A stretch of 64,000 nt of DNA from assembly GCA_032117235.1 (NCBI GenBank), contig JAULZW010000001.1:10762-74761 (forward strand). The letters are read 5' to 3'. Shown here piece by piece: positions 1 through 9,276 of this stretch (the first letter of the stretch is position 1; the number at the start of each line of letters is the position of its first letter). This DNA comes from Minisyncoccota bacterium. GTDB taxonomy: Bacteria > Patescibacteriota > Minisyncoccia > SW-4-49-11. The translations under genes were made by a program, and so were the position numbers. The notes under the pieces were generated by a model. It was not told where the DNA came from, searched no databases, and was given only the letters and a program-made list of their open reading frames with translations.

Positions 1-579
1 TCCATAAAAAAGCCCTGGGCCTATAATTACACTATCAGCTTCCATAATAGCTTCTTTTGCTTTTGGATTTATTTTAGCCTGAGGAACTAATTTAACTTCT
101 TTCACGGCATGTTTTAGTAATTCTTGAGAGTTATGAATTAGGGTCTGTCCCAATAACTCATTGCCATTTTGTAAATTAATACAAAGATGAACATTATTTG
201 TGGTAACAGGGATAACCTCTCCTCTAATAGATAATATGTCCCCAGCAGTTTTGATAGCTTCCTCAAAGTTGCCAGTAACTTTTTCAAGAGCTGATAAAAA
301 TAAGTTTCCGAAATTATGTCCACTTAATTCACCTGAGTCAAATCTATAATTAAATAATTGTCTTAAAATTTCTGGTGATTCAGCTAATGCTACTAAACAT
401 TGTCTTATATCTCCTGGAGGTAATACTCCCAACTCATCTCTTAATTTACCAGTAGAACCTCCATTATCCACCATATTTACTATAGCTTTTAAATGTAGAT
501 TACTAAATAATTTTAGTCCAGACAAAACTGTAAATGTCCCAGTCCCTCCCCCAATAACAACGATATTTTTATGTGACAT
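1..579 (-). CDS. yvcK: YvcK/CofD-like (UPF0052) gluconeogenesis/cell-shape factor, 3' end outside the window
   Basis: Not in the ORF track. Manual translation from ATG 579 gives MSHKNIVVIGGGTG...VDNGGSTGKLRDELGVLPPGDIRQCLVALA...GHNFGNLFL, the family motifs. Confidence 0.9.
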   Translation of the reverse strand, partial: MSHKNIVVIGGGTGTFTVLSGLKLFSNLHLKAIVNMVDNGGSTGKLRDELGVLPPGDIRQCLVALAESPEILRQLFNYRFDSGELSGHNFGNLFLSALEKVTGNFEEAIKTAGDILSIRGEVIPVTTNNVHLCINLQNGNELLGQTLIHNSQELLKHAVKEVKLVPQAKINPKAKEAIMEADSVIIGPGLFYG

Positions 580-745
580 AGCCTTAACTTAATAATAATT
601 GTGGATAAGTTGAGCATAACTAGCACTTATACCCAACTTATCCACAAAACACGATATGATATGATTATAATAAATACACACACATATATAAATATATATT
701 ATTCTTAGGACGCTGACAAGATTAGAGTATTGAAGAGTAGATGAA
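580..745. other. Candidate replication origin (oriC) core
   Basis: DnaA boxes TGTGGATAA 600-608 and TTATCCACA 638-646, a 1-mismatch box at 627-635, an AT-rich tract at about 660-705, divergent flanking genes, and more boxes plus parS within 2 kb. Confidence 0.65.
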
Positions 746-2008
746 ATGTCGAATAAAATAAAATTATTTATATACACAATAATAGGAGTTAGTTTGCCTT
801 TTTTGGTTAGAACTACTATTTTTAGTTATTCAATTAAAAATTTAAGCTCTCCTTATACTACTATATATTTGCATAGCCTAGATATAGTTTTGCTTTTGGG
901 ATTTGTGTACTTAGTCTGGAAAACGAAAGGATTTCCACTTAATGGGCAAAAATTTGTGGATAAGTTATGGATAAGTTTGTTTTTCTTAATATTTATACAG
1001 GTGTTTGGGACTAAATACCCTCTTATAAGTTGGGTTTGGGGGATTAGATTTTACTTAGGAATGTCTTTAATTTGGTATATAAGTAGATTTAAGTATTTAG
1101 CTAAAGATTTAAAATATATTATAAATGGATTTTTAATTGGTATGCTAGCTCAATCTATTGTTGTAATTGTTCAGTTTGGATTACAAAAAAATATAGGTTT
1201 GCCATTAGTAATTGAACCCTCATTGTCTGTGCAGCTTTCAGGGGTGGCAAAGGTTAGTATTTTTGACAATACTTTTGTTAGGAGTTATGGCACTTTTCCA
1301 CACCCCAATATTGTTGGCTTTGCAGGAATAATGTCCCTAATCTTATTATATGTACAAAAACTTGGTAAAAGACTAGCAACAATCATATATCTAACCACTA
1401 TTATTATTGCTGGACTCATAGATCATTACATCATAACTTCAATACAAGCTTTTGTCATAACTGTTTTTACAGGCTTACAACTTATGTATGGAGACTCTGT
1501 GAGTTTGATAAAACATCTGTCTAAACTTTTAATACTACTCTTACACATCTTAGTACTGCTTAGTTTTTCCAAGACAGCTTTAACAATGCTTTTGCTGATT
1601 GATTTTATATATTTGACAACATTGACGAGAAAGACAATGTTCCACGTGGAACAATTTCAAAACAGACTGCGAGCAATTCCACGAATTGTCATAAATGGAG
1701 TGACTTTGGCTGGGGGTGTTTTTTTGTTGGTCTTGCCATATCATCATATTTTAGACACCATATCAAAAAGATCTTTTTATGCTCAGGATGCTTTTCAAAT
1801 GATAGGCTCAAATATCTGGTTTGGGGTTGGTTTGGGGCAATATGTCGTAAATCTCTCTGATAATAGAGAGATTTGGCAATATGAGCCGGTTCATAATATA
1901 TTCTTATTATTATTTTGTGAATTAGGATTGATCAACTTAATTTTACTGATGGTAATTATTGGTTTAGAATGTTATGCTTATATATATGAATACAAAAAGC
2001 AAGGGTGA
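746..2008 (+). CDS. O-antigen ligase (Wzy_C)-like polytopic membrane protein
   Basis: Multiple TM segments; RSYGTFPHPN, FGVGLGQY and PVHNIFLLLFCELG motifs. Confidence 0.8.
   Translation: MSNKIKLFIYTIIGVSLPFLVRTTIFSYSIKNLSSPYTTIYLHSLDIVLLLGFVYLVWKTKGFPLNGQKFVDKLWISLFFLIFIQVFGTKYPLISWVWGIRFYLGMSLIWYISRFKYLAKDLKYIINGFLIGMLAQSIVVIVQFGLQKNIGLPLVIEPSLSVQLSGVAKVSIFDNTFVRSYGTFPHPNIVGFAGIMSLILLYVQKLGKRLATIIYLTTIIIAGLIDHYIITSIQAFVITVFTGLQLMYGDSVSLIKHLSKLLILLLHILVLLSFSKTALTMLLLIDFIYLTTLTRKTMFHVEQFQNRLRAIPRIVINGVTLAGGVFLLVLPYHHILDTISKRSFYAQDAFQMIGSNIWFGVGLGQYVVNLSDNREIWQYEPVHNIFLLLFCELGLINLILLMVIIGLECYAYIYEYKKQG
1638..1653. promoter_or_regulatory. parS (ParB/Spo0J binding site)
   Basis: Perfect 16-bp palindrome TGTTCCACGTGGAACA matching the parS consensus. 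Confidence 0.85.
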
Positions 2009-2372
2009 TTTAGGTGAGCGATTGGCTGTTAAGTTTTTAATATCTAAGGGGTTTGAAGTTATAGATCAAAATGTTCGATTGGGAAAGTTTTCAGAATTAG
2101 ATATTATTGCAACTAAAGATAAAGTTTTACATATCATAGAAGTAAAGACTGTGTATAAATGTGGAAAACTTGTGGAAAACTTTGAATTCCCTATATATAA
2201 TATTACTCCACGCAAAGTGCAACATCTCAAAAAAGGGGCTTTAATCTATGTACAGAAGCAAAAATTAGAGCATATGGATATTACAATTGATGCCATTGCT
2301 TGTATTGTGGATAATTGTCACAAAAAAAGTTGGATTAAATTTTATTCTAATATTTTAGAGGGGCTTGACTAA
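1986..2372 (+). CDS. yraN: YraN (UPF0102) family endonuclease-like protein
   Basis: GDLGERLAVKFL, ELDIIA, IIEVKT and IDAI motifs; start moved to ATG 1986. Confidence 0.85.
   Translation: MNTKSKGDLGERLAVKFLISKGFEVIDQNVRLGKFSELDIIATKDKVLHIIEVKTVYKCGKLVENFEFPIYNITPRKVQHLKKGALIYVQKQKLEHMDITIDAIACIVDNCHKKSWIKFYSNILEGLD
2150..2179. promoter_or_regulatory. Three tandem DnaA boxes inside yraN
   Basis: TGTGTATAA 2150-2158, TGTGGAAAA 2160-2168 and TGTGGAAAA 2171-2179 all match TGTGNAWAA; another box at 2306-2314. Confidence 0.65.
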
Positions 2373-2475
2373 AGGTTTTTATGTATAAAATAAATTTAAT
2401 ATTAAAAAACAAAAGGTATTTAGAATTTTGTCTTGCTAATTTTTATAAAATAGGATACAATGATTTTATCTTATA

Positions 2476-2563
2476 GCTAGGGTGGCGGAATGGTAGACGC
2501 AACGGACTTAAAATCCGTCGGTGATTAAACACTGTGAGGGTTCGAGTCCCTCTCCTAGTACCA
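2476..2563 (+). tRNA. tRNA-Leu(TAA)
   Basis: GCTAGGG acceptor stem, anticodon arm ACGGA-CTTAAAA-TCCGT, long variable arm, GTTCGAGTC T-loop, encoded CCA. Confidence 0.95.
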
Positions 2564-2631
2564 ATAGAGAATCAGTCCGTTTGGACTGTTTTTTAGGGCT
2601 AGAAAGTCGGAGTCATGTGTGAGTTTGTGTT

Positions 2632-2904
2632 ATTTTGTCCTCCTTTGGAGGAGGTGGCACGAAGTGCCGGTGGTGGATAAAGTTGAAGTCAAAGTTTGTT
2701 TTATAATAAGATTTAATTTCAAAGTATATTTTTCTGACCATCCACCCTCCCCGTCGCAAATGGGATTTACTCCTGTGAAACCTCACGGTTTCCCAACCTT
2801 CCTTCACGGGAAAACTACCGTTTTCCCGACCCCTTTCCCAAACTTTCAGTCTATTACGGGTACTCCCTCCGCCTGCCTGCGGTAGGTAGAAAGGGAGACA
2901 AAAT
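2632..2904. repeat. GC-rich REP/MITE-like composite repeat, copy A
   Basis: Imperfect inverted ends ATTTTGTCCTCCTTTGGAGG / AAAGGGAGACAAAAT; near-identical blocks recur at 27212-27458. Confidence 0.85.
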
Positions 2905-3064
2905 ACAGGCGACTGAAAGCTTAGTCCTACGATGTTGATAGATGTTCGGTAGAGGGTTTATACTCACACAAATATAGACAAAAGCTTAAAAATATGATAT
3001 GTTTCTGATTGTCCAGGCTCTAAAGTGATTTAGAGTCAAACTTCCACCCTGAGGAGTGCTTTTT

Positions 3065-3499
3065 ATGGATGATTCAGTACCAAAAACTGAAGGATACGAT
3101 GATAGGCCATATTCTCTTTTAGCTCTCATGCTCGGGTTAAGTCCAGATAACTGCTCTAAATTAATCGGTATCATTGAAGAGTCTGGAGGAGATAAAGCAG
3201 AAGCACTTTTAATATTTTTAAGCCGTATCTTTAGAGAGGGTTTAGATATAACAATAGAAAATTTCGAAATAACTTTGGGGTATATTAAGCAAGTTAACTA
3301 TGCTGTAGAACAAAAGGAAGTAGAATATGGAAGACCACTGATCGTAAAAGAAATGCAAGAGATAATAGGTGCAGAACATGATATAGCACCAGAAGAAGAT
3401 TGGCTAGACCCTGAAGGCTTTATTGATGAACCAGAAGGCGATCCTAACACCTTAACTTTAGAAGAAGAAGTTATTTTGGGAATAATCTTTCATCCTTAG
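3065..3499 (+). CDS. Hypothetical highly acidic protein
   Basis: ORF with GAGGAG Shine-Dalgarno before ATG 3065, an upstream TAGACA-17-TATGTT promoter-like site and its own terminator. Confidence 0.65.
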   Translation: MDDSVPKTEGYDDRPYSLLALMLGLSPDNCSKLIGIIEESGGDKAEALLIFLSRIFREGLDITIENFEITLGYIKQVNYAVEQKEVEYGRPLIVKEMQEIIGAEHDIAPEEDWLDPEGFIDEPEGDPNTLTLEEEVILGIIFHP

Positions 3500-3500
3500 C

Positions 3501-3531
3501 TCCCCCCCGCGTGCGATGCGGGGGATTTTTA
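3501..3531 (+). terminator. Rho-independent terminator
   Basis: CCCCCGC/GCGGGGG stem followed by ATTTTT. Confidence 0.75.
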
Positions 3532-3592
3532 TTTAGAGGCTTTGCGATTATTTGCTATAATAGATTTATAATAAAGATAATGACTGCAAGCT

Positions 3593-6154
3593 ATGCCTTC
3601 TCCGATGATGACTCAATTCTATGAATTAAAACAGGCATATCCTAATGATATTTTGTTTTTTCGCCTAGGGGATTTTTATGAAATGTTTGGAGAAGATGCG
3701 AAATTAGCAGCTCCTATCCTTGATTTAGTGTTAACTGCTCGCAAGAATACGATAGATGGAAATATTCCAATGTGTGGAGTGCCTTATCATTCTTCAGCTC
3801 AATATATCAAAAAGCTGATTCGGGCAGGATATTCAGTGGCTATATGTGAGCAACAAGGATCAGCTAAGGATTCTAAGGGTTTGGTGACGAGAAAAGTGGT
3901 TAAAGTTATCACTCCAGGGACGGCTCTGCTGGATATAGAAGCTACCGAATCAAGGTATATAGCTAGTGTTTATACTCACAAAAACAATATATATCTAGCT
4001 TTAGCCGATTTGGGGACAGGTCTTTTTGAGGTTGGTAAATTTATGGAGTCAGAACTTAAGGATGTCTTGCAATCTAAACAAGTCAAAGAGATTATACTCT
4101 CAGAAAATAGTGAGTTATTTGAAAAACTCCAAAAATTAAATATTAGAATTGTGGCTGAATCTAAATGGAGTTTTCAATTAGAGCGTGCGCTTGAAGTTTT
4201 GACTAAACATTTTAATGTTAGCAGTATGACTGGCTTTGGTTTTGAGGTTGATGATATGCGATTGTCTCCAGCTGGAGCTTTGCTTGGTTATCTTATTTAT
4301 ACTCAACAGGAGGATTTGAAGCATATTACTAAATTGCAGATTATGACTTTGGATAAATATATGAGACTAGACTCTCAAACTATTCAAAATCTAGAGTTAT
4401 TTTATCTATCAAGAGCTAGTCAAAAGGGCAAAAGTTTTTATCAAGCTATTAATTATACTAGAAATCCTCTGGGTTCAAGAATGTTGAAAAACTGGATATT
4501 AGCTCCATTATTAGATGTCAAAGCTATTCAGGCTCGTCAAGAGCATATTCAAAATTATATAGACACTCCTACTAAGATTACAGAAACCAGAGACTTATTA
4601 GCTCAGATTGCAGATATAGAGCGAGTTTTGGCGAGGCTGTCTAGTAATGTGGGTGGTCCTAGAGATATGCTGTTATTATCTAAAAGTTTTGAGTATATTG
4701 CAGGAATTCTAAAACTAGATATAGCAAATTATACTAAATTAGCTCAAAAAGCTTTGTTAAAACTTGAGCCTTTAAAAGTTCAATTGCAAAAAGCTTTAAG
4801 AGATAATGTCCCAATTCTAGCTAGGGATGGTGGTTTTGTGGCTAAAGGGTATCGGGATGATATAGATGAATTATTAAATTTAAGTCAAGGGGGTAAAGAG
4901 TGGTTGTTGGAATTACAATCTCAGGAACAAGCTCGCACAGGTATAAATTCTCTCAAAGTAAAATATAATAAGGTATTTGGCTATTATATAGAGATTAGTA
5001 ATGCCTATAAAAATCAAGTTTTACCAGATAATTATATTAAAAAACAGACTCTAGCTAATGCGGAGCGATATATTACCCCAGAATTAAAAGAGTTTGAAGA
5101 AAAAATTCTCAGTTCAGAAGCTGAGTTACTAGGTTTAGAGCAAATTGTTTTTGAGGAGTTAAGACAGGCAATTATAGCTGAGTCAGAGCAAATTTATACA
5201 ATTTCCCAAACTATTGCCTATATTGATTGTATACAATCAGGAGCTAAATTAGCCATAGATTGGAATTATAATCGTCCTAAAATTATTAAAAATCAAAATC
5301 TGTATATAGAAGCTGGCCGACATCCAGTACTGGAGCAGTTAATTACTGAATATATACCCAATGATTGTAAATTAGCTGAACCAGATCATTCTCTTATGTT
5401 AATCACGGGACCGAATATGGGAGGTAAGTCTACCTATATTCGTCAAGTGGCTTTGATTGTGCTTTTGGCTCAAATGGGATATTTTGTGCCGGCTAATAGT
5501 GCCAAGATTGGGGTGGCGGACAGGATTTTTACTAGAGTAGGAGCCTCAGATAATATGAGTGAGGGACAGAGTACTTTTATGGTAGAGATGTTGGAGGTAG
5601 CTAATATTTTACATAATGCCAGTAAGTCTAGCTTGATTATTTTAGATGAGGTTGGTCGGGGCACTTCTACTTATGATGGAATGAGTATAGCCAAGGCTTT
5701 GATTGAATATATTCATAATACTATTAGAGCCAGAACTCTCTTTGCCACTCATTATCACGAATTATTAAGTCTGGAAGGAGATTTTGAAGGGGTGGTGAAT
5801 TATCAGGTTATAATTCAAGAGTCTAATGAGAGTATTCTCTTTTTACACCGTATAGAACAAGGTGGCGCTGATAAAAGCTATGGGATAGCTATTGCCAAAT
5901 TAGCTGGATTTCCTGCAGATGTGTTAGAATTAGCTAAGAGAGCTCTTATACAATATGAGCAAAAAAAATCTCAATTGTCATTTTTAGAAATCCCAATTAT
6001 AGCTAATAGTAATAATCTAAAACAAGAAGTCAACCCACATATAAAGCAGTATCAGAAGCTCTTACAAGATATACATTCCAATAATCTGAATGACTTAACT
6101 CCAATGCAGGCTTTAGCTATATTAGATGAATTACAAAAAAACAATCCACTATGA
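3593..6154 (+). CDS. mutS: DNA mismatch repair protein MutS
   Basis: FRLGDFYEMF, GPNMGGKST, STFMVEM, DEVGRGTS and FATHYHEL motifs. Confidence 0.98.
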   Translation: MPSPMMTQFYELKQAYPNDILFFRLGDFYEMFGEDAKLAAPILDLVLTARKNTIDGNIPMCGVPYHSSAQYIKKLIRAGYSVAICEQQGSAKDSKGLVTRKVVKVITPGTALLDIEATESRYIASVYTHKNNIYLALADLGTGLFEVGKFMESELKDVLQSKQVKEIILSENSELFEKLQKLNIRIVAESKWSFQLERALEVLTKHFNVSSMTGFGFEVDDMRLSPAGALLGYLIYTQQEDLKHITKLQIMTLDKYMRLDSQTIQNLELFYLSRASQKGKSFYQAINYTRNPLGSRMLKNWILAPLLDVKAIQARQEHIQNYIDTPTKITETRDLLAQIADIERVLARLSSNVGGPRDMLLLSKSFEYIAGILKLDIANYTKLAQKALLKLEPLKVQLQKALRDNVPILARDGGFVAKGYRDDIDELLNLSQGGKEWLLELQSQEQARTGINSLKVKYNKVFGYYIEISNAYKNQVLPDNYIKKQTLANAERYITPELKEFEEKILSSEAELLGLEQIVFEELRQAIIAESEQIYTISQTIAYIDCIQSGAKLAIDWNYNRPKIIKNQNLYIEAGRHPVLEQLITEYIPNDCKLAEPDHSLMLITGPNMGGKSTYIRQVALIVLLAQMGYFVPANSAKIGVADRIFTRVGASDNMSEGQSTFMVEMLEVANILHNASKSSLIILDEVGRGTSTYDGMSIAKALIEYIHNTIRARTLFATHYHELLSLEGDFEGVVNYQVIIQESNESILFLHRIEQGGADKSYGIAIAKLAGFPADVLELAKRALIQYEQKKSQLSFLEIPIIANSNNLKQEVNPHIKQYQKLLQDIHSNNLNDLTPMQALAILDELQKNNPL

Positions 6155-7926
6155 TAAACTTATTACCAAAACATATTATAAATCAAATTGCTGCTGGAGA
6201 AGTAGTAGAGAGACCAGCTTCAATAGTTAAGGAATTACTAGAAAACTCCATAGATGCTGGATCTACTGAAATTCAAATTGAAGTATTAGATGCGGGCTTA
6301 ACTGAGATTATTATAAAGGATAATGGCTCTGGTATTGAAAAAGATGATTTTGAAAATTTATTCAAAAGGCATGCTACTAGTAAAATTGAGAAAATAGAGG
6401 ATTTACATCGATTATCTACAATGGGATTTCGAGGGGAAGCTTTATCAAGTATTCAAGCTGTATCACAAGTGGAATTAGCTACCAAAACCAAATCAGATAA
6501 AACCGGCTATTTTTATAATCCTCATATAAAAGAAATAAAAGCAATATCCAAGGCTAATACTGGTACAAATATAACGATAAGGAATCTGTTCTACAATGTT
6601 CCCGCCCGTAAAAAGTTTCTTAAAAGTAATGTTACCGAACTAGCCCATATTACCAAAATTATAGAGGAAATTGCTTTAGCTAATCCAAATATTACTTTTA
6701 TTTATCAATCTCAAAATCGTGAATTAATCAATGTAAAAGCTAGTGACTTGCTCACTAGAACTGTTAATATACTAAAAATCAAAAACCCAGAATACTTGTT
6801 ATTATTGGACTCCCAGAAACATAATATCAAAGCCATAGGTTATATTGGACATCCTAGAATTTCTAAAAAATCACCTCAATATCATATTTTCATCAATAAT
6901 CGCCCTGTTATGCAACCTCTCATAAATAAAGCTATTCAACAAGGTTTTGACACTATGTTAGAAGTGGGTCATTATCCGTTTGCTTTTGTATCTATTTTTA
7001 TCCCTCCAACTGAACTAGATGTGAATGTTCATCCAAGGAAAACTGAAGTAAAATTTATAGATGATAGAGATATTTTTCAGACTATCAAGTATTTAATTCG
7101 TGATACTTTACAAAAATCTGCTTTTGAAGTGGTCTTAAAACCACAAACTGCTCAATCTAATAAAATATCAATCAATTCAAGCACCAATACATCCAATACT
7201 AAAAACTATAACTTTAAGCCGTATAATCACCCTAGCAACACATATAATAAGCCTCAAGTCACCGAGATGAATTTAGCTCAATATGCTCCCAAACAAATAC
7301 CAAAAAATCAATATAATTTTCATAACATACAACCAAACTTTAGAGAGTTATTAGAAGCTGAAACACAAAAACCTAATTTCTTACATATTTTTGACACTTA
7401 TATAGTCTATCCCAATCAAAACGGAATAATGATTTTAGACCAACATGCAGTACATGAGAAAGTTATTTTGGAACAATTGATGAATCAAAACTCTAATATT
7501 TCTTCTCAAGTCCTATTATTCCCAATAGCAATTAGTGTAATTCAATCTCAAAAAGATTTAGTAATTGAAATATTAGCTGAATTACCAGGCTTTGAAGTAG
7601 ACGACTTTGGAGCTAGTGAGATTATAATTAGAGCCTTACCAAATTTTTTAGCTGAAACTCAAAAAGTAGAAGAGCATATAAAAACCCTCATCGCTCAAAT
7701 CCAAGACAGAGGTCAGACTATAGAATTGTCAGAATTAAGAATAGAATTGCTAAAGACTATAGCCTGTAAATCAGCTATCAAAGCTGGATATAGTATTAAC
7801 CAACAAGAAATAGAAGCTTTAATCAAAGATGTTTCTAAAACTAATTTTGGTTTTGCCTGCTGTCATGGAAGGCCAACTATGGTACAATTAGACAAAGACT
7901 GGTTCGAAAAACAATTTTCAAGATAA
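6151..7926 (+). CDS. mutL: DNA mismatch repair endonuclease MutL
   Basis: AAGEVVERP, GFRGEAL, DVNVHP, DQHAVHE, ACK and CCHGRP motifs. Confidence 0.97.
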   Translation: MINLLPKHIINQIAAGEVVERPASIVKELLENSIDAGSTEIQIEVLDAGLTEIIIKDNGSGIEKDDFENLFKRHATSKIEKIEDLHRLSTMGFRGEALSSIQAVSQVELATKTKSDKTGYFYNPHIKEIKAISKANTGTNITIRNLFYNVPARKKFLKSNVTELAHITKIIEEIALANPNITFIYQSQNRELINVKASDLLTRTVNILKIKNPEYLLLLDSQKHNIKAIGYIGHPRISKKSPQYHIFINNRPVMQPLINKAIQQGFDTMLEVGHYPFAFVSIFIPPTELDVNVHPRKTEVKFIDDRDIFQTIKYLIRDTLQKSAFEVVLKPQTAQSNKISINSSTNTSNTKNYNFKPYNHPSNTYNKPQVTEMNLAQYAPKQIPKNQYNFHNIQPNFRELLEAETQKPNFLHIFDTYIVYPNQNGIMILDQHAVHEKVILEQLMNQNSNISSQVLLFPIAISVIQSQKDLVIEILAELPGFEVDDFGASEIIIRALPNFLAETQKVEEHIKTLIAQIQDRGQTIELSELRIELLKTIACKSAIKAGYSINQQEIEALIKDVSKTNFGFACCHGRPTMVQLDKDWFEKQFSR

Positions 7927-7931
7927 AATAT

Positions 7932-8855
7932 ATGCATAACAAAAAAATTATTATAATAGAATTCGGTATAATACTATTACTTTGGGCAACCGTATTTATT
8001 ATGCTTATGACTACATTAGGGCATATCGCTATTTTAAATGGTATTATTTTGGCAGGATTATTAGGGATTATGTATATTTCAACATTGAGTTGGTATATTT
8101 GTATAGACAAAATGCCCCTAAGTATTATCAAGTTGATACTAATACAAATTTTGCCACTGGCCTTGACCTGTTTTTTATTTGATACAATCACAGCTTTAAT
8201 TATAGGACTTGTTTTAGTGATAGGTATACAAATTTTATTCAAGACAATTAATGATATTAAAGAAAGTTCAGTTGATCATATTAAATTTAGGATTAAGACC
8301 ATAATTTTACCTCATACTAAAGGAATAGTTGTTTGGCTAATGTTATTAAGCTCCGTGTTTATTTATGGAAATACTCTTAAAACCAACCCTAGGGGTATAT
8401 TTTTGGCAGAATCATTTTTAAGCAATCAAATACAAGCTTGGATGCCTTTATTAAATCAGGTTGCTCCAAATTTTAATCCTAACATTTCAGTTGGAAATTA
8501 TATTTCAGAGCAAATAGATTCTCAGAACTTAAATTTAAACAATATCAATCGAGATGAAATTATAAAGCAACAAGTAGACGAATTAGGAAGAAAATTTGAA
8601 CTCAATCTTACATCCAATACTCCAATCACTCAGGCCTTAGTTAATTATGGTAACAAATTCCTTACCCCTTGGATGAGTGGTCCTATTTGGGGAGCTATTG
8701 TATCTTTTTCACTATTTTTCACCTTATTACCATTTGTTGGTACTTTTCAATTTGGTATTAGAATAATAATCAATATAATTCATATCAATAGTATTAAATC
8801 CAAATTTATCAATTTTAGTAAACAAAACATTGAAAAAGAGACCTTGAGCTTTTAG
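7932..8855 (+). CDS. Hypothetical membrane protein
   Basis: 307-aa ORF with several hydrophobic segments, directly after mutL. Confidence 0.75.
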   Translation: MHNKKIIIIEFGIILLLWATVFIMLMTTLGHIAILNGIILAGLLGIMYISTLSWYICIDKMPLSIIKLILIQILPLALTCFLFDTITALIIGLVLVIGIQILFKTINDIKESSVDHIKFRIKTIILPHTKGIVVWLMLLSSVFIYGNTLKTNPRGIFLAESFLSNQIQAWMPLLNQVAPNFNPNISVGNYISEQIDSQNLNLNNINRDEIIKQQVDELGRKFELNLTSNTPITQALVNYGNKFLTPWMSGPIWGAIVSFSLFFTLLPFVGTFQFGIRIIINIIHINSIKSKFINFSKQNIEKETLSF

Positions 8856-8865
8856 AAAAGGAGTT

Positions 8866-9110
8866 TTTTGTCCTCCTTTGAGGGAGGTGGCCTTTAGGCT
8901 GGAGGTGGACTGAGCTAATTCCCCTCTCGAGGGGTGGACAGCTTTGCTGGACGGGGTGGATTGTTTTGGCCTTTGAGCTTCTGTATTTTGTCTCCCTTAG
9001 GAGGGAGTACCCGCAGGGGGAGGGTGGAGTACTATTTAATATATTTTTCCACCCCTTCTCCCTCCTAAACAAAGTATAGAAGGGAGACACCCCTCAAGAG
9101 GGGAATTTTT
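8866..9110. repeat. Cluster of four GC-rich REP-like palindromic units, copy C
   Basis: Units at about 8866-8909, 8917-8960, 8985-9028 and, inverted, 9048-9110. They share hairpin cores and GGTGGA ends with copies A and B. Confidence 0.8.
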
Positions 9111-9276
9111 AGCTCACAAGCCCCTCCACCACATTAAAACTCACTCTACAAAACCTACACGATGTATTATATTTTATACATACTATGGACCAAGATGAGA
9201 TATATATCTAGACAAAGGGAGTAGAAGAAATTACTGCTCTTTAGTGCTACACATAACATGAAAATAATAATAGGTA

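Noticed and set aside
138-323. 61-aa minus-strand ORF
   Set aside because: Out-of-frame shadow within the yvcK gene.
2613-2885. ORFs 2619-2885 (+), 2613-2807 (-), 27178-27573 (+) and 8815-9090 (-) that share peptide similarity
   Set aside because: They are translations of the GC-rich palindromic repeats, not credible genes.
8866-9110. Possible CRISPR array
   Set aside because: Units are divergent, irregularly spaced and partly inverted, and no cas genes are in the window.
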